From the human T2T-CHM13v2.0 reference genome, Homo sapiens: a stretch of DNA of 64,000 bases. The notes beneath the pieces were generated by a model. It searched no databases and was not told where the DNA came from. It saw only the letters and a list, made by a program, of their open reading frames with translations. Each line of letters starts with the position of its first letter. Positions within the stretch are counted from its first letter, which is position 1. This document shows positions 1 to 14,225 of this stretch, in pieces. The stretch lies in NCBI RefSeq assembly GCF_009914755.1, contig NC_060926.1. The stretch is one strand, 5' to 3'. The position numbers and the translations under genes were made by a program.

Positions 1-31
1 GTTCATAAAATGTTACGAGGATTTCTCAGCC

Positions 32-300
32 AGAGGTTGCAAAATGGCACTCTGTAAGTGAAATCTATGTGATTTCTGTTTCATTTTTAATTCGTATAGG
101 TTTTTTTCCCCACAATTTATGAATCCATACTAACATACAATTTTATGTTTTAAAATTGTAATATTCCACTCAAAAATTTGGATTCTTGGCTTCTTTTGAG
201 ATATCATTTTGGTCTAGCACTGTTCTGCTAGCACGAAATTGAACGGCTGTCCCCTTCACAGGGGCAGGAAACTGGTATTCTCTGGAGCTTCTGATTCTAG
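32..300. mobile_element. Degenerate hAT-Charlie fragment (MER102-like)
   Basis: Starts CAGAGGTTGCAAAATGGC and contains AAATTTGGATTCTTGGCTTCTTTTGA, resembling the recalled MER102 consensus; ends approximate. Confidence 0.4.
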
Positions 301-534
301 TCATTTTTTCCTCTTCACCTCCCTGGCATTGAATTTAACATTTTGAGTCATAACTTTTTCAGTTTAAACATTTTATAGCCAAAAATTCAGCCAAGCAAGA
401 CATTTAAAGCCATATGTCCTAAGTTAATTTTTTTTTGAAATCTAAATTCTTTCTCCATAGTATATTTCTCACTTATCTATATTCTTGACATCGGATTCCC
501 AAGTAAACTGAGGTTCATCACATAGCAAACCTAC

Positions 535-900
535 GTGCTATGTTAAGAACAAGGGCTCTGGAGTCATGCAGTCTTGACTACTTTCTAGCTGTGTGGTGCT
601 GGAAAAATTGCTTAAATTCTTTGTACATCCTTTTTCTTATCTCTAAAATAGGAATACTCCTTAACGCAGTAATTCTCAACTATAGTGTGCATCCAAATAA
701 TCTAGAGGGCTTGTGAAAACATGATTGCTGTTCCCAGCCCCAGAGTTTCTGATTCAGTAGGTCTGGGATGGGGTCTAGAAATCTGCATTTCTAACAAGTT
801 CACAGGTTATGTCACTGGTCCAGGGACCACACTTTGAGAACAACTGTGTAACCCACTGGATGAAAGTTAAACATGATAATTGTGTAAAACACAGGGTGCG
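535..900 (+). mobile_element. MIR SINE interrupted by MER5A
   Basis: GTTAAGAACAAGGGCTCTGGAGTCA...CTAGCTGTGTG...CTTATCTCTAAAATAGGAATA core; resumes after 846 with GTTAAACATGATAATTGTGTAAAACAC. Confidence 0.65.
667..846 (-). mobile_element. MER5A (hAT-Charlie MITE)
   Basis: TIRs CAGTAATTCTCAA / TTGAGAACAACTG; internal CCCCAGAGTTTCTGATTCAGTAGGTCTGGG...TGCATTTCTAACAAGTTC. Confidence 0.88.
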
Positions 901-2311
901 GTGAACTAGTCATTTTGACTGCAAGAAAAAGTTATATTTAACTTGTTAGAGGTTCAAAGTTTAACTCTTTATAAAGCCTGATGAATTATTGCATTTTTAT
1001 AAATAGTATTGATTAGTGGAGATTCCACATGTAATTATTTCATTTCTGCAACCTATATATTTTTATAATGAAAAAGATAAAACTCACACCTTAACCATGT
1101 TCTGGTCTTACTTTGGGTCTCTTGCTCTTTCACTGCTGTAAGGGGAGAATTAATAGATTTGTCATAAGACATTGGAAGGAAAGATGAGCTGGAAAGGTAT
1201 CATCTTAGATTGCCATGAATGAAATCACATTCCATTCTTCCACTACCCCCTCCGTCCTCCTCCCATACCCTCCTGGAATCTAGACCCAGTGATGGAGGAT
1301 CACCCTAACAATGCAGCGTTCCCTCTCGTCTGCAGAGAACACAAAACAATCCATGTTCCACTGGCTGTTTGTCTGTCCCTTCCCTCTCCCTGCGTTGCCC
1401 CAGTGCTGGGCAATGAGACATGGCATGGCCTCATAGCAGACTCAAGAATCCTGGGAGTGAGTTCCACATGGACTTAAAATCATTAAACAGATTTCTTCCT
1501 CCTTTTCCTCTCTCCTTCCCTATCTCCCTCCTTTCTTTCTCTTTCTCTTTCCTTTTTTCCTATATTTGAACATTAAATGTCATAGGGATATAGTATCCAT
1601 TTTGCAATACTGGCAACTGACACCTCTTTAAAAGAAACTCTAGAACCCAATCCTATTTGCCTGATTCTAAAAAAGAAGTTCTAGCACAGTATTCAGGCAT
1701 ATTCTACTCACAAAAATAGCCCTGGTGCACATGCAACAAATAGAAGCTATGTAAATAACACATGGAGTTGAATGTGTTATATCTAATTACAAATTTATGG
1801 ACTCCTAATTTTCAAAAAGCTTAACCATTACATTGTACTCTACTTCTTCCTGTGGTAGACCACTTGGGATTTCAATGCCTCTTCATCTGGGAGAAATGGG
1901 AGTGAATGTGAGCTGCAGGGGCTTGTGGAGGTGCTGGGGAAAGCTTACCCGAGTGATAGGCTTGTTGAATGGTAAATTTTGTTACCAAGGAAGGAAGTCT
2001 ATGGAACCTCTTTTCTGAAGATTCCAGGGAATGTTCTAAATGCAGCACTGGACCAGAGACAGCAGACTGGACCAAATGACCTCCAAAGGATCCTTTCAAG
2101 ACTGTGATTTTGTGAATGTTTTTTTTATACCAATCTACTCATTGCTTCCTAGAAGCTTATGAAGCTCCACACATCTTCTCCACTGCATAGTTAACTGCCA
2201 TGAAGTCTTTTACAAGCATTTCTAATAACATACCCACTCCAGAGAAGCAGAGCCCATCACAGTCAAAAATGGCTATGACTTACAGCAACCTTTGAGATAG
2301 GAGCTCTCAAT

Positions 2312-2333
2312 TGGTATTTAAATTTAAATACCA
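2312..2333. repeat. Perfect 22-bp palindrome TGGTATTTAAATTTAAATACCA
   Basis: Sequence equals its own reverse complement. Confidence 0.95.
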
Positions 2334-5300
2334 CATCATAATTCAGGATGCTAAATCAGTGTGTAAAAAAGGATCAATACACAATAAAACTACAAGCAAG
2401 ACTGGCATAGACCGCACAGCTTCTTTTTCCATCTAAACGCTCCCAACTTGTCTCCAGATCTGCTTGACACTGCCTCATTTGACATTACTTAGTCCATAAA
2501 ACTTTACACATTTATAATGGGCAACAATAAGACTGGGCAGTTATCGTGGCATAAAAATGGGAGAAAGAAGTTTCCAGATCATCAAATATGGACATCGTTT
2601 TCTAGCCAAATGCTTTATTAATGATAAATTAGCAGTCCCAAATGAACACAGATGTGATAAAATATCTACTTCATTGACAGGTTTTTATTATGAACTGTAC
2701 TTACAGGCTTAAATTGAAAAGACCCATCTCCACAAACCACTTCCACATTTTGAATAATGTTTCACTTGTGATAGGTAAATAGGAGGCATTTTAGGAACAT
2801 TTCAATAAATCTCATTTGGAGTGAGACTGATTTTTCTTAAGTAGACAAAGTTGAGTTGGAAGACTTATAAAAATAGATTGATTATTTCCTGGTGCCATAA
2901 GAAAAGAAAACCGCAATAAGTACTTTGCTGCTGACATTTTGAAAATCTTACATCCTATAGCTTGTTTGACTTCATTAGATTATACTAAATATTAGGAAGG
3001 TGCAGAGGAATGGTGAAGAAATGAAACTAGAGAACAAGGATGTATTTGCCTAAAAAAACTGGAAGGAAAAAATGAATTCTTTTCATTGAACCACTATCTG
3101 TTCCTTTCCATCCTACTTATGAGACAAGTCAGTCAACAGCTATTTACAAGACATGGAAGCTTAGAATTACATTGCTTTAAAGTATGAGGACTTCAATATT
3201 ATGGCCTAACAACTAGCCAGTATCTTTTTCAACACAAGAGTAAGCAGTCTGGCAGATCTCTGGAGTTCTAAACCAACAGATCAAGTTCCCCCCTTGGTTG
3301 TTTAGGCCTCTATAAAGAAAGAAATGCAATCCAATAATGACGATATTGGCAGTGGAGAAACACACCCAAACCCCTATTAAAGCTAATTCAGAGAGACTTC
3401 CTGTACCCTGTAATGATATTTCAAGGCATCTTTTTTGACTTGTGGTGGATTCAAATGTATGTAATGGGTCATAGACTAATAAGATTTTATTGTTCTTGGA
3501 ATTGGGTTGAAATATCTCCTTTACCTCCCACCTCCTTCATTCTATCACATACCCATGCCCTCTCTGCCCTGATCCCAATATGACCTCATAGCACATGTCC
3601 CTCAGGACCAATGCACAATGAGGATTTAGCACAGCTCTCACTGCCTTACCTCTTTGGAGTCTTTGGATAACCTTCCAGGTATGGTTCTGAACCTTTTCCA
3701 TAAAGCAGTAGCAGCCTTGCAGGAATTTTGCTATGAAAAAAGTAAAATGAACTGGACTTCACGATCAACCAGAAACAAGCGTGAACAGACCTGTTCTCAG
3801 ACCAAATCAACATCTACTCCTGCCCTGACAACTATAAATTCAGAAGTCGTCACCACATAAAGTGCCTCATGCACAAATACTTGAACTCTGACTTCCTTTC
3901 AACAGCCTTAATGGTACTGCTTCCCATATCATTTTAACATGTCCTGGTGTTGTAATGCCATAAATGACAAGCTCAACTATGATCATGGCTCTAGTTGCCA
4001 GGCCTAACTCCACAACACCTCTGTCATGTAACAGGCGGCCCTGATGTGGCACACACAAGAGAACTCCGCCCCCGCAACTCCCAGAGCCTCAACTCTCTCA
4101 AGCCTTTCCTTCTGTATTAGAATGTGGAGGCCTAAAACCCACTACTGCAAAGTACAGACATGAAAATAATTAACCATCTCTTCTATTCAGCTATAACTTA
4201 TATTCCCTCTGAGGAGGAAAAATGGAGAGAGAGAGAAAAAGAACTCCAGGCCCAGAGACCCACATTTCATTTGGAACACTAGGGGTTCTTGGTAGAGATC
4301 ATTAAAGTGTAGTTTGAGATATTTTCCTTTTCTCATCAAATCACTAGCCCTGTAATTGATGTCATAAAAAATATCTGTGTTCAGTTGCAGTGGGTTTCTC
4401 AGGTCCCTTCAAGTTATCAATTATTTATATCCCAATGAAATGAAAGGAAGCTGCATTGTAAGGTCCTGAAATGCCACTGAGGAGTCTGAGGGTGGCATCG
4501 TTAATCTTGTGCATTGCACCCATGAAGAGCACATTATACTCTACTTGGGAAAGTTCATTTCCCCTTCTCTGTCATACATTATCTGGTGGATTTTATTGCT
4601 TCTCCTCATAAATAGTCTCATTGGGCTTTTTGTTTGTTCATATCCTCCACAATTTAGACTCATAAGGATGACAGGAAAAACACCAGTGCCTTCAGATTCC
4701 ACAGACCCTTTTCTTTGGGTCTTGTGGGCTTTAGCCATTTCCTCCTCATTCCATGGCATCCAGGGAGTTTTGTTCACCTACCAACATTACATAGTCTGGA
4801 TTTTAGGAAGAATTACATTTTCTAATGGCATAATTTAATTAGTATTAGGGTTCATAGCCTTCCATTATTTTTCCTGCTTTAATTTCCCCCTTCCCAAACT
4901 TTCTTCCCCTATTCACACAACAGAGTAATTCTAGCAAGATGAGATAATCACACTGTTACTTTTCCTTGGGGGAAGCAACAGAAAACATTTGATGATAAGT
5001 CTTAACATCCTAACTTGGCCATTATTCTTTTAGTGAAATGAAAAGGAGTCTTGGCTAGCACACTACCTTTATATATTCTGGTAAAGAACTTTATAGGTAT
5101 CGCTGGTAAAATCTGATACTGCACCTTGTGCCAAGACATTATTTTCAGGCTTATTTAGGATTGTCCTTTTATAGGCCTCATTGTAACAACTAGAGACAGT
5201 TCATGGAATCAGAGTTATATCTAAACAGAGTGCTGCAATAGGCTTTAGCTTTTCCATCATGCAAAGTGCAGATCGAAATCCAAATGAATCTGTTCCTAAT

Positions 5301-5374
5301 CAGCCTGTGTCTCTGATCTACAGACTATAAATTTGGTTGTTATCAATGATATGGCATGCAAGTGTAAGTAAGGA

Positions 5375-5518
5375 TTGCTTATGTGGAGAAACCACTAAGA
5401 ATGTTCTAAAAATGTTGGAAGAAAGGAGCATGAATTTATAAGAAAAAAATGGGTACAAGCAAACCCAAATAACCTTGTGTAGTCTTACCTCTACATGACC
5501 TATATTTTCTGTTATAGG
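5375..5518 (+). repeat. Short paired duplication 1, copy a (direct)
   Basis: TTGCTTATGTGGAGAAA...TATTTTCTGTTATAGG aligns to 6311-6455 with about 19 differences in 145 bp. Confidence 0.95.
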
Positions 5519-6310
5519 TCATGATCTCCTTTTGGAAAACAGCAAGGTGGCTCTTTCCAGGACTGAGGAGGGCATATATATTTATTGTTCCCCATCTAGT
5601 CAAAGGGAAGTTTTGAGAATAGGGAGCACGCTGGTTAGACAGGACTGCAGCCACAATTCTTTCTTAACGCTGCAGTTTCATGTTTTATATTTACTGTTCC
5701 CTAGACATGTAGACATCTAAATTGGCATTAGGAGTGTGGGGAAATTCTGCCAATAATTGGATCCTGAAAACCTCAACAACTTGATTAACTTCAGAGACTT
5801 GCAGTCCTGTTTGCCAAGTATTATGCCATCCAGAGTTTCACAATACACCTAGCAATACAGATAACTAATATTCCTCTCCCCTTCATTTCCTGCAAAGAAA
5901 GGACTCTTTAAAACATAAGGGGATATGTTCATTCAATGCAGCTACAAAGAAGGAGAGAGGGATATTTTTGCAAAGTGATCAAAAGCTACTTAAACAATTA
6001 GGTGCCTGCGATGAAGGCCCCAGCACTTGTGATCTCAGCTTGGTGCTCCAGCTTCCTGTAGGATGGAGAGGCATCATATGGCTGAGGCTATGTGTTTCCT
6101 GTCCAGAGGAAGCAGAAGGGATCAGGAAAAAAAGAGAGTAGGGGAAGGAGCAGATGGGTAGAGCTAGAGAGGACTTCTAGCTCTCTCTGACCCTAGCCAT
6201 GGTCCGTGCTTGATGGTTCTTTTAACAGAATGTGGTTTTGTAGAGGACAAAGCAAGTGCAGCTTAAAGAAGCCCCTGCAGACAATTTCAAAGCTGAAAAA
6301 AAAATCAGGG

Positions 6311-6455
6311 TTGCTTATGTGGAGAAATTACTAAGAATGTTCTAAAAATGCGGGAAGAGAAGGGCATGAATTTATAAGAAAGAAAATGGGTACAGGCAAA
6401 CCAAAGTCACCTGGTTTAGTCTTAGCTCTCCGTGATCTGTATTTTCTGTTATAGG
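6311..6455 (+). repeat. Short paired duplication 1, copy b (direct)
   Basis: About 87% identical to 5375-5518 by hand alignment. Confidence 0.95.
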
Positions 6456-6497
6456 CTAGGATAAATGATTTCATCTATGTCAAGCTTAATGTTTTTC

Positions 6498-6866
<369 letters not shown>

Positions 6867-6894
6867 TAGGGTCTGGCTGCTGTCCTGTTTCCAG

Positions 6895-6950
6895 GTTTAA
6901 GGCTCGGAGGGGTAAGTGACTTGCCTGGTGTCCAGCAGCCCAGAGCAGGA
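6895..6950 (-). mobile_element. MIR fragment
   Basis: AGGCTCGGAGGGGTAAGTGACTTGCCTGGTGTCCAGCAGC resembles the MIR core. Confidence 0.5.
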
Positions 6951-7944
6951 AGGACATCACTTAGCTTCTGTTTATGGCTTCTCCGCTACTCAGCTCCCCT
7001 AGAGTGGAGCCTTTGTCTCAGGGACTCCTCCACCCTTCTATTGCTCGGCAGGGCACAGTGCTGCTCCCCTTTCTCAGTGGCAGCTCTGTAAACACCGATT
7101 GATGAATTAATTGGCAACAGTGATAATGACTGCTCTCAAGTACCTACAACAAAAGTTGTTGTTTTCCTCAGGGATCTGCCCAGAACTGATGTACCTAGGG
7201 TTGGCATTAGAAAAATAATGAACAATATCAGCGGATATTAGTGACCGAGGAAGCAGGCGCCAGTTTAGCTCTAGACACCACACTGAGATTCACACAATTA
7301 GAAGTTTACAGTCAACTGTTGGATGATACAGTCCATTAATCTTTCTAACAGTTACATGGTTCCATTTGGACCAGGCTCAACTCTCATAAAATGCAGACTC
7401 ATTACACTGACTCAGATGGGAGCCGGGAGAACATGTTCAAGGGCAGCACTGCCATTGGCATGCATACTTGAGGAACTATTTTGGCATCTTAAATGTGAAA
7501 TGGAAGTTAGGCAGTTTCTCCGGAAAGTCAGTCCTTGCTTTTGCTTATCTAGTCCTTTGCTCCTCTGTCCTGCTTGTCTCATCCACTTGGGCTGGGAATT
7601 CAAATACAAAGAGGAGAGCATCTGTAATCATCTGCTCAGAGAACATGGCCAGGGAATTTTACCAAAGTAGATTTAAGAACAAAATCATCCTGTTTGGGAG
7701 GCAGTGGAATAGGCAGCCAATGTAAATATAGCAACTCAGAGGATGAAGTGGGTAATTTGACCTCTTGAATACCCTTTGGATCTTGAATATCCAGTCTGAT
7801 TATATTGAACAAATGAGCTCATAGTTCTCAAATCTACAGACTTAGAATGATGAGGAGAACGCTGTTTCACCTATGTACTTTCTATTACAGAGACGTGCCT
7901 CTTGGTGTTACGAGCTTGGTGAATGTAATTTCATTACATCTGTA

Positions 7945-8030
7945 TTGCCACTTTTTCAGCTGAGAAGTGATGTCTTAGAAAAGTAAAATGACTCACTCAA
8001 AGTCACACAGCTGTGAAGTGAGCAGGCAAG
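7945..8030 (-). mobile_element. MIR fragment
   Basis: AAGTAAAATGACTCACTCAAAGTCACACAGCTGTGAAGTG. Confidence 0.5.
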
Positions 8031-9387
8031 CATATGTAAATGGACCGCAGGCTTATTGAGGTCATGCTCTGAAATCTACCTTGGCATTATCAGAGGCAGA
8101 GGCTATACTTTCAGCTTTTGTTAATAATTTTAACCCTAAAGAGGAGGAAAATGAAGGGTAAAATATGAGGAAGTTGGGAGAGAGAAATGTAGAAATGGTG
8201 TTGACTTCACCTACATCACCATCGGCCTAAACTGGCTGTGCAGTCAGGGGAAGGGGGCATTTGGATGTGGTTCTATGATGCCTGGGAATGGGAATTAAGA
8301 TTTATTTGAGATCAGTTAACAAGTAGGCATCCTAATAACTGCTTAAAAATGCATGTGAGGCTGGAAAACATGCAGGCTCTAGAGGAGAATGTAGAAACGC
8401 TGCAGGACTGTCAGTTCTAAGCATTATTACTATGCTGCAGCGGTTTCCAATGACTATGTAGTTCTGATGCATGTGGCATGGGTCTTTCCACTTAAAACCA
8501 CTTTCAGGATCTTTTACACACTCTCCTTGCGTTTGCATAAACTATAACCACTGTAATCAATATTTCCTACCAATAGATTCTGGTCATTGAGCACTGAGCC
8601 TGTTCTGAAAAGATGGTTCCTGGAATCCTAACAGTGATGAAGTCATATCGATCATCTGCATATGGATTGTCTATGGCCAATTTTTAAATGCCATTCTGAT
8701 TTCTCACAGCCCACAAGATCCTTCTAAGCCAGCTCCTTTTATACTCTGTCACTGGGAGCAAGGGAGGGCACATTAATTTTAATATTGGCTTTAGTCAAAC
8801 CTCATTAGGAAGGTCAATATACTGCCATAATCTCACTAAATAATATGTTTAAAACACTAAATAAATAACACATTATCCATAGTTTTGGAACATCAAGGCA
8901 GCTTTTTTAAGTATCACAGCTTATTTAAGACAAAGGAGTTTTAAGCACAGTACTTTTGGCTTCTCTCCCACAATGTTGCAATATGATATTTAGAGCTTGT
9001 GAATCGAGACAAACATGTATGGCCAGGTGTGGTTTGACATAAAAATTTCTGAGAGACAGTTGGTCTCTGTGCGTGATAAATGGTCAAAAATCTCATTCAT
9101 TTCTCATATCTGTGCTTTAAAAGGAAAGGTAAATATACCGAAGGCTTCCTTTTCTTTGGTTGGCATTTATCTTCTCAAGTGTGGAGGTCCATTTGATTAA
9201 TGTCTAGTCATTTAAGGAAAATGATGTCTGCTTTAAATTGCATGAAATATGAAACGATTAGGTCATGCTTCTGGGGAGTTTTTATGTTCAATTACTTAAA
9301 CTTTTTAAAACTTTTTTTTTTTTAAGTTTTGTGTTGTGTGCGCCAAGGAGACCCTCACATCCCCTGCATAACTCAATAGATGGGGCA

Positions 9388-9695
9388 GGCCAGGCATGGT
9401 GGCTCTTGCCTGTAATCCCAGGACTTTGGGAGGCTGAAGCAGTAGGATTACTCAAGTCCAGGAGTTTGAGACCAGACCTGGCAACATAGTGAGCCCTCAT
9501 CTCTACAAAAAAAAAAAAAAAAAAAAAAAAAAATCAGCCAGGTGTGGTGGTGCATGCCTGTAGTCCCAGCTAATTGGAGTCTAAGGTGGGAGGATCACTT
9601 GAGCCTAGGAGGTTCAGGCTGCAGTGAGCCATGGTTGTACCACTGCACTCCAGCCTGGAGAACAGAGCGAGACCTTGTTTAGAAAGAAAAAAAAA
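9388..9695 (+). mobile_element. AluJ, full length, expanded central poly(A)
   Basis: GGAGGATCACTTGAGCCTAGGAGGTTCAGGCTGCAGTGAGC (J-type); about 26 A in the linker; TSD AGATGGGGC at 9378-9386 and 9695-9703. Confidence 0.95.
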
Positions 9696-10388
9696 GATGG
9701 GGCTATTTTCTGATGTGGATCCTTCTTTAGCAGGAGTCTTCATCTGCTGGCAGTGATGGCTTTGAATTCTGGCTGTGCCCAAGTACTAGTGGGTAGTGGT
9801 CTCGTCTGGTGGGCAACCACATGCTAACCTATCCCTCTTTCAAAGTTTTATTAATTATGAAAGACAAATGTCCATTCTAATTTGGAAATTACATTTTACA
9901 TTGTTGGCCATGGTACCACACTGAGGCTGCTGCTTTTCATTATATTATTATCCAGTCTGGGTTTTGACTTTTGTTGTGTGCTTGTAGTCATTTTCTCCTA
10001 GTGGACTAACATAGTTTCAAACACTACATAAATAACCCAGTTCCATTTGCTAGTTTCCACAATTTTTAAAAATCAAGATACCAGATAAAATAATGTTTTG
10101 ATGGCTAGAGGCTATTATCAGCCTATTACAGAAGCCTGGTCTTTGGAAAGGTATAAATCAGACAACGCAGTTTCAGTGATGCTGTGCTCTTCTGATTTTT
10201 TAACGCCTTCTGTCAAGGCTGCCTTTACCTGCATCTTTTGATAATAAGAGAATTAGATCATTGGCATCATCACAAGATGCATCTGGCAGCAGCGTTTCTT
10301 CATTATTATCATTACCAGGGGTTTGTGGTGTTGGATTTCTTTCAGTTCCATTTGTTTCATGTCTGTATGTTTCTGGGTTCTGATAGTG

Positions 10389-10389
<1 letters not shown>

Positions 10390-10446
<57 letters not shown>

Positions 10447-10455
10447 TCTGTGTGT
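10390..10455. repeat. Compound (CT)n(GT)n microsatellite
   Basis: Read directly. Confidence 0.97.
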
Positions 10456-10546
10456 GGTTTAAGGATACAGAGAGTTAGAGAGAGAGACTAACAGAGAGAT
10501 TGACAGTGAGGAGGAAAGAGATTGGTAGAAAATTAAAAGAAGGTGG

Positions 10547-10967
<421 letters not shown>

Positions 10968-11319
10968 CTACCAAGCAGCCTATGAGGCCTAGTCAGCCAT
11001 TCCTCAGCACTCAGCCGAGGGATAGTGTGGCTTCCTTTGAGACCGTTCCTGGGTTTTCTATCCTTTCTCTGTCTACCTTCCCACCCTCCTTCAGAATCAG
11101 AGGTCCTGAAATGTGTGGCATAGAGGATATCTCACACAGGGAAGCACGATTTCCCTACCTATCTTTCGAACAGCCCCTTCTAGACTTAGTGGCACTTGAG
11201 GAAACATTCTCTTTGTTTCTGTATAAGCTGTCACTCCCTCTTCCTGTCAAAGGTTCTGGTTTCATTCAGCCAAGATGAGTAGAGATGATTTCCCACATGA
11301 AAATCCTTGAAGAGAATTC

Positions 11320-11693
11320 CTTTTGCCTTCCTTCTTCCTGAACACACAGCTGAACTGTTCTTCCTGTGCCTAGGGTATCAAAGTGGGACCATGAGACCGA
11401 GTTTTGGCCAACAGAATGTGGGTAGAAGCTATGCTGGCCACTACCAGGCCATTAAACCTTCTGTGCAATCTTCCAAGCTTTGCTTCTCACTGTCCTTGGG
11501 CTGGAAGTAGGATATTCTGAGACCCTAGAAGACAGAGTATCCTCAGGATGGAGGGCCCAAATCCGTGTCTCACTGCTAGGAAGAGGTGCTCCCAAGTGAG
11601 CTGCCTGGCCAGAGACATTCACACTGGTCTCTCAGTGAGCAGCGCCAGAGATTTAGGGTTATGACAACTGTTAGTGTCACACCAGAACTGCAT
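11320..11693 (+). mobile_element. MaLR solo LTR (MLT1I/J-like)
   Basis: GGACCATGAGACCGAGTTTTGGCCAACAGAATGTGGGTAGAAG...CCAGAGATTTAGGGTT motifs typical of MLT1. Confidence 0.7.
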
Positions 11694-12324
11694 ATCTGTG
11701 ATTTTTTTTTTTTTTTGAAGAAAACAAGTTTGGTTGTGGTAGTTTTCAGTAAAGTCTTTTGACTTATAAGAAAGAAACTAGGATGCTGCTATCTTTGAAA
11801 AAAGAATAAATTTGTGCAAAGCACTGATAACATCTTCAGACCTAATATCCAACATTGTGCAGCATGGTCAATTTTCAAGAGGATATATATTTCCAGGAAT
11901 AATCAGGACATTTGCATTATCCTCAGTTTTGGGAAGAAATTATTATAAATGGTTCCATTTGTGCATTAGTGAAATCCCTAATCCCATGGTGTGCTTGTCA
12001 TATGACTGTTCATTTGCAGGTATTCAACATTTCCGATACGAGTATTCCCTTACCTGCTTTTAAATCATTACTGTTTTTATAATGGCTTCATTATTTCTTA
12101 ATTGTCCTAATTTTTTTTCTTACCTATTCTTGTTAAAAGCCGATTAAAATGTGAATAATTTCAACATCCCAGGCATTCTAGAAACAAAATGAATTTCAGG
12201 TTTACATCCATTTGTCAGTAAAAGGCAGAAGAGGAGGGCAGGATGGACAATTCTAGATTAACCTCAACTGAATTTAATTATGCCTTTATGCCACATCCTC
12301 ATGGCACTCAGAATGTGGTAATGT

Positions 12325-12430
12325 CAGTAGTGTTCATTGCTCATTCAGTCCTGATGAGGAAACTAAGGTCTAAAGAGGTCTGCACAGTTAGATAGTGATG
12401 AAGGCAGGCTAAGTCCCAGGTCTAACAATT
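12325..12430 (-). mobile_element. MIR fragment
   Basis: GATGAGGAAACTAAGGTCTAAAGAGG. Confidence 0.55.
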
Positions 12431-12869
12431 TCCAGTCGAAGGAGCTGTGTGGAACTAAACCTGTTAATGTAAGTGGGTGTTCACTCTCTTCAGCACTGTG
12501 TTCTCTCTCTCTGGTTTCCTCCCCTGGCCATAACCTAAGGCCCACAGGATAAAGGCACTAACAAATACCACTGATGCACTGGGAGGCTGACATCTCTAGG
12601 TGCTTCTGCCAAACACTGAGTTAAACTAAACTTTTTGACAATATATTTGTGAAGGTTTCTTTCTATCCTCTCCATTCCCTACTTCTTCAATTCACTGGCT
12701 ATTCTTGCTTGAACCGTCTCTAGGCAAAGCATGATAGGAAGAAATGTTCTATTTCCGGCAATTGTTAGAATATCACCCTCTTCTGTATGATAACAGTCTT
12801 CTAATTAATTAGGAGAATCACTAACAGCCAATCTACTTTTTCAGGCATAAGAACATTTTTTTTCCTCCT

Positions 12870-13015
12870 CAGTTCAGGAATATTGAATTCTTGTCTCTGA
12901 TGATCCTTTAACTAGCTATGTGACTTTGAACTAAACTCATCACCTTTCTGACCCTTAGTTTTCATCAGTTAAATTAGGGGTTAGTTCAGAATGCCACTGT
13001 CTCTTCCAGCTGGAA
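12870..13015 (+). mobile_element. MIR/MIR3 fragment
   Basis: TAACTAGCTATGTGACTTTGAACTAAACTCATCACCTTTCTGACCCTTAGTTTTCATC. Confidence 0.55.
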
Positions 13016-13071
13016 TTAATCGATCAGTTCAACAATATGTGACAGCCACTATGGAAGGTACTGAGAATTTT

Positions 13072-13196
13072 AAAGGAAGAAGAAGGAGGAGGAGGAGGGG
13101 AGGAGGGGAGGGGGGGAGGAGGGGAGGGAGGGGAGGAGGAGGGGAGGAGGGGAGGGAGGGAGGGAGAAAGGAAGGAAGGAAGGAAGGAAGGAAGGA
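13072..13196 (+). repeat. 125-bp pure polypurine tract, (GGA/GGGA)n plus (GGAA)6
   Basis: No pyrimidine between 13072 and 13196. Confidence 0.95.
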
Positions 13197-13456
13197 TTTC
13201 CTGTCCCAATCTGGCTTGAAGTTCCTGCTTTTTCTGGATGGGGTGATGAAAATTAAGGGGTACCTGGTTTTCTGGGTAAGATCTGGTTTCCAAAATCACA
13301 CTGGGAAATGGAGAATCCGGGGACATCCCCTGAATCTGTCAGGATTTCCAAGCCTCCATTCTTTCTTTTTTTTTTTTTTTTTTTTTTTAAATTATTACCC
13401 TGGATAATGTTCTTGAGATTTGAATTACCTATCACTTGTATTAAAACTCCTTCTTT

Positions 13457-13769
13457 GGCAAGGTACGGTGACTCATGTCTGTAATCCCAGTACTTTGGGA
13501 GGCAGAGGCAGGCGGATCACGAGGTCAGGAGATCGAGACCATCCTGGCTAACACGGTGAAATCCCGTCTCTACTAAAAATACAAAAAATTAGCCGGGCGT
13601 GGTGGCACGCGCCTGTAGTCCCAGCCACTGAGGAGGCTGAGGCAGTAGAACTGCTTGAATCCGGGTGGCAGAGGTTGCAGTGAGCCAAGATTGGTTACTA
13701 CTGTACTCCAGCCTGGGCAACAGAGCGAGACTCCATCTCAAAACAAACAAACAAACAAACAAACAAACA
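13457..13769 (+). mobile_element. Alu (AluSc-like), full length, (AAAC)n tail
   Basis: GGATCACGAGGTCAGGAGATCGAGACCATCCTGGCTAACACGG; TSD core AAAACTCCTT at 13443-13452 and 13770-13779. Confidence 0.95.
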
Positions 13770-13866
13770 AAAACTCCTTTTTATGTTTCACTTGTCTCTT
13801 GTTCTCCTTCTAGTTTTTTTTTTTTTTTTTTTTTCTCCCCTGCAAATTGTCAACATTTAAGAATTT

Positions 13867-14225
<359 letters not shown>

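Noticed and set aside
3654-4838. Cluster of short ORFs in a repeat-poor stretch, possibly a pseudogene or exons
   Set aside because: No recognisable domain, no consistent strand or frame, and no poly(A) or TSD; a tBLASTx search would be needed to exclude very old homology
12991-13407. 138-aa Arg/Gly/Glu-rich ORF
   Set aside because: Translation of the polypurine microsatellite and a poly(T) tract
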